A DNA stretch of 35,091 nucleotides from a virus. Lineage: Duplodnaviria > Caudoviricetes. The DNA lies in IMG/VR virus record IMGVR_UViG_3300038365_000149, positions 1-35,091 of that record. One strand, given 5' to 3'. Shown here piece after piece: positions 33,862 to 35,091 of this stretch (within the stretch, counting starts at the first letter, position 1; the number at the start of each line of letters is the position of its first letter). The notes beneath the pieces are model-generated. The model ran no database searches. It was not told where the DNA came from and was given only the letters and a program-made list of their open reading frames with translations. The translations under genes were made by a program, and so were the position numbers.

Positions 33862-34961
33862 ACGGGACAGATATATGCCCGGACGGCGATGCCTGCCTGA
33901 TGACGCTTCTCGGCGCATACGAGAAGTGGCTCATCGGCAACGAGGTACAAGAGAGCAGCCGCGATGAATATCTGCGGAATGCGGGGAGGGTGATAGACGT
34001 GCTGCCTGGCGGCGTGCCGGGCAGCGAGGAGGAACTGAAGGCCAGGATCGCCGCGCTGACGGAGGACGAGCTCTTCGAGATCAAGGAGCGGGTGGGCTGG
34101 ACAGCAATGGACGGCACGCGGAAGAAGCAGAACACCGCGTCGACCACCTGCAACATGATCAACCAGCTCCTGAAGTGGGCCAAGTGCCCCCACAGGATCC
34201 GGGTGCCGCGCAAGGTCAAGGTGCTCCGCATCCCGCTCTCGCAGGACGAGAGCGAGAGGCTGCTTCGCGCCGCGAGCGAGCACCGCAACCCGGTGTTCGC
34301 CGCACGGAACAGGGCCATCGTGGTCATGTTCCAGGAGGGGGCGATAAGGCGGGGGTCGTTCAACATCTTGATGGAGGACCTCCGCCTGGACGAGGGATAT
34401 TTCATCATCCGGGACACCAAGAACCAGGATGACTGGAAGATCGACGTCCCCGAGATCGTGGTGGAGGCCATCATGGACTACCTGCGCGTCAGGCCGAAGG
34501 GCAAGAACGCGCAGGAGGACAGCTGGCTCTTCATCTCGACGCACGGCACCGCCCTGTGCGATCAGATGGCCTACAAGGTCGTCAAGCAAGCGGCCGCGCG
34601 GGCGGGGCTGGACCGTAACATCTGGCCCCACCTGCTGCGGACCACCAAACTTACGTCCCTGGTGCGCAAAGGGGTGAGCATCTACGACGTCAAGGACGTC
34701 GCCTGCCATCGCAACATACAGTCGCTGGAGCCCTACATCTGCATGGGAGACGAGGATCAGCACGACCGCATCGTCTCCGCCTCCATGTTCCAGCACGGTC
34801 AGGACAGAAGGCCGACGGTGCGCATCGAGGACACCGGCGCTGGTATCGAGGACCTCACCGTCCGCCTCACCGAGCAGCTCGTGGACGGCCGAATCTCAGA
34901 GGCGACGTACAACAGGGCGCTCGCCGCCATCTCCCAGAAGGAGGTGGTACGATCAGACTGA
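33858..34961 (+). CDS. int: Tyrosine recombinase/integrase with C-terminal SHOCT-like helix pair
   Basis: Catalytic R (EGAIRR), K (TKN), HxxR (HLLR), H (ACH) and Y (LEPY); C-terminal LVDGRISEATYNRAL. Confidence 0.92.
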   Translation: MNGTDICPDGDACLMTLLGAYEKWLIGNEVQESSRDEYLRNAGRVIDVLPGGVPGSEEELKARIAALTEDELFEIKERVGWTAMDGTRKKQNTASTTCNMINQLLKWAKCPHRIRVPRKVKVLRIPLSQDESERLLRAASEHRNPVFAARNRAIVVMFQEGAIRRGSFNILMEDLRLDEGYFIIRDTKNQDDWKIDVPEIVVEAIMDYLRVRPKGKNAQEDSWLFISTHGTALCDQMAYKVVKQAAARAGLDRNIWPHLLRTTKLTSLVRKGVSIYDVKDVACHRNIQSLEPYICMGDEDQHDRIVSASMFQHGQDRRPTVRIEDTGAGIEDLTVRLTEQLVDGRISEATYNRALAAISQKEVVRSD

Positions 34962-35014
34962 AAACTACTTACCATCTGGGAACTGGCCATCAAATCGGAC
35001 AAAAAAACCAGATG

Positions 35015-35041
35015 AAAAGATTAATATGCTATCTATTAATC
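35015..35041 (+). promoter_or_regulatory. TATA-like element overlapped by an 8-7-8 palindrome, upstream of a gene starting at 35070
   Basis: AAAAGATTAATA; GATTAATA-TGCTATC-TATTAATC at 35019-35041; GGAGG SD followed by ATG 35070. Confidence 0.5.
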
Positions 35042-35091
35042 GGGAAGACTCAAGTTTGGAGGCACTCTCATGCGTACTACTGGAGATCAAG

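Larger units (their letters stand above)
1014..34961 (+). mobile_element. Integrated archaeal tailed virus (provirus, siphovirus-like); boundaries approximate
   Basis: Contiguous TerS/TerL, portal, MuF, prohead protease, HK97-type MCP, adaptor, tail tube, TMP, tail fibre, MCM, RusA, repressor and tyrosine integrase, with tightly overlapping ATGA/TGATG junctions. No att repeat identified. Confidence 0.92.

Overview
Almost the whole window (about 1.0 to 35.0 kb) is an apparently near-complete tailed provirus (Caudoviricetes, siphovirus-like) integrated in a GC-rich archaeal chromosome next to a sufBD-like gene. The host is inferred to be a Methanomassiliicoccales/Thermoplasmata-like archaeon from the MCM helicase, TATA-box and leaderless promoters, a non-acidic proteome and the absence of an endolysin. 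Modules from left to right: (1) a symmetric TGTTGCA-repeat region and a double-HTH gene; (2) replication/recombination genes (RusA, ASCH, a half C5-methyltransferase, MCM); (3) a triple zinc-finger regulator and TerS/TerL; (4) head genes (portal, MuF, ChaB-protease-scaffold, HK97-fold capsid); (5) neck, holin-like, tail tube, chaperone, tape measure and tail fibre genes; (6) AT-richer accessory genes (membrane Zn-ribbon protein, DUF4065/PIN pair); (7) a repressor switch and an early operon ending in a Spo11/TopoVI-A-like gene, a histone-fold gene and a tyrosine integrase. Most notable observations: a metallopeptidase cassette fused to the portal C-terminus with an immunity-like domain fused to the MuF N-terminus, a virus-encoded histone, an RNA structure masking the first early-operon SD, and an identical 27-bp promoter repeat. 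All family assignments come from motif recognition by eye, not database searches. The att sites were not found.
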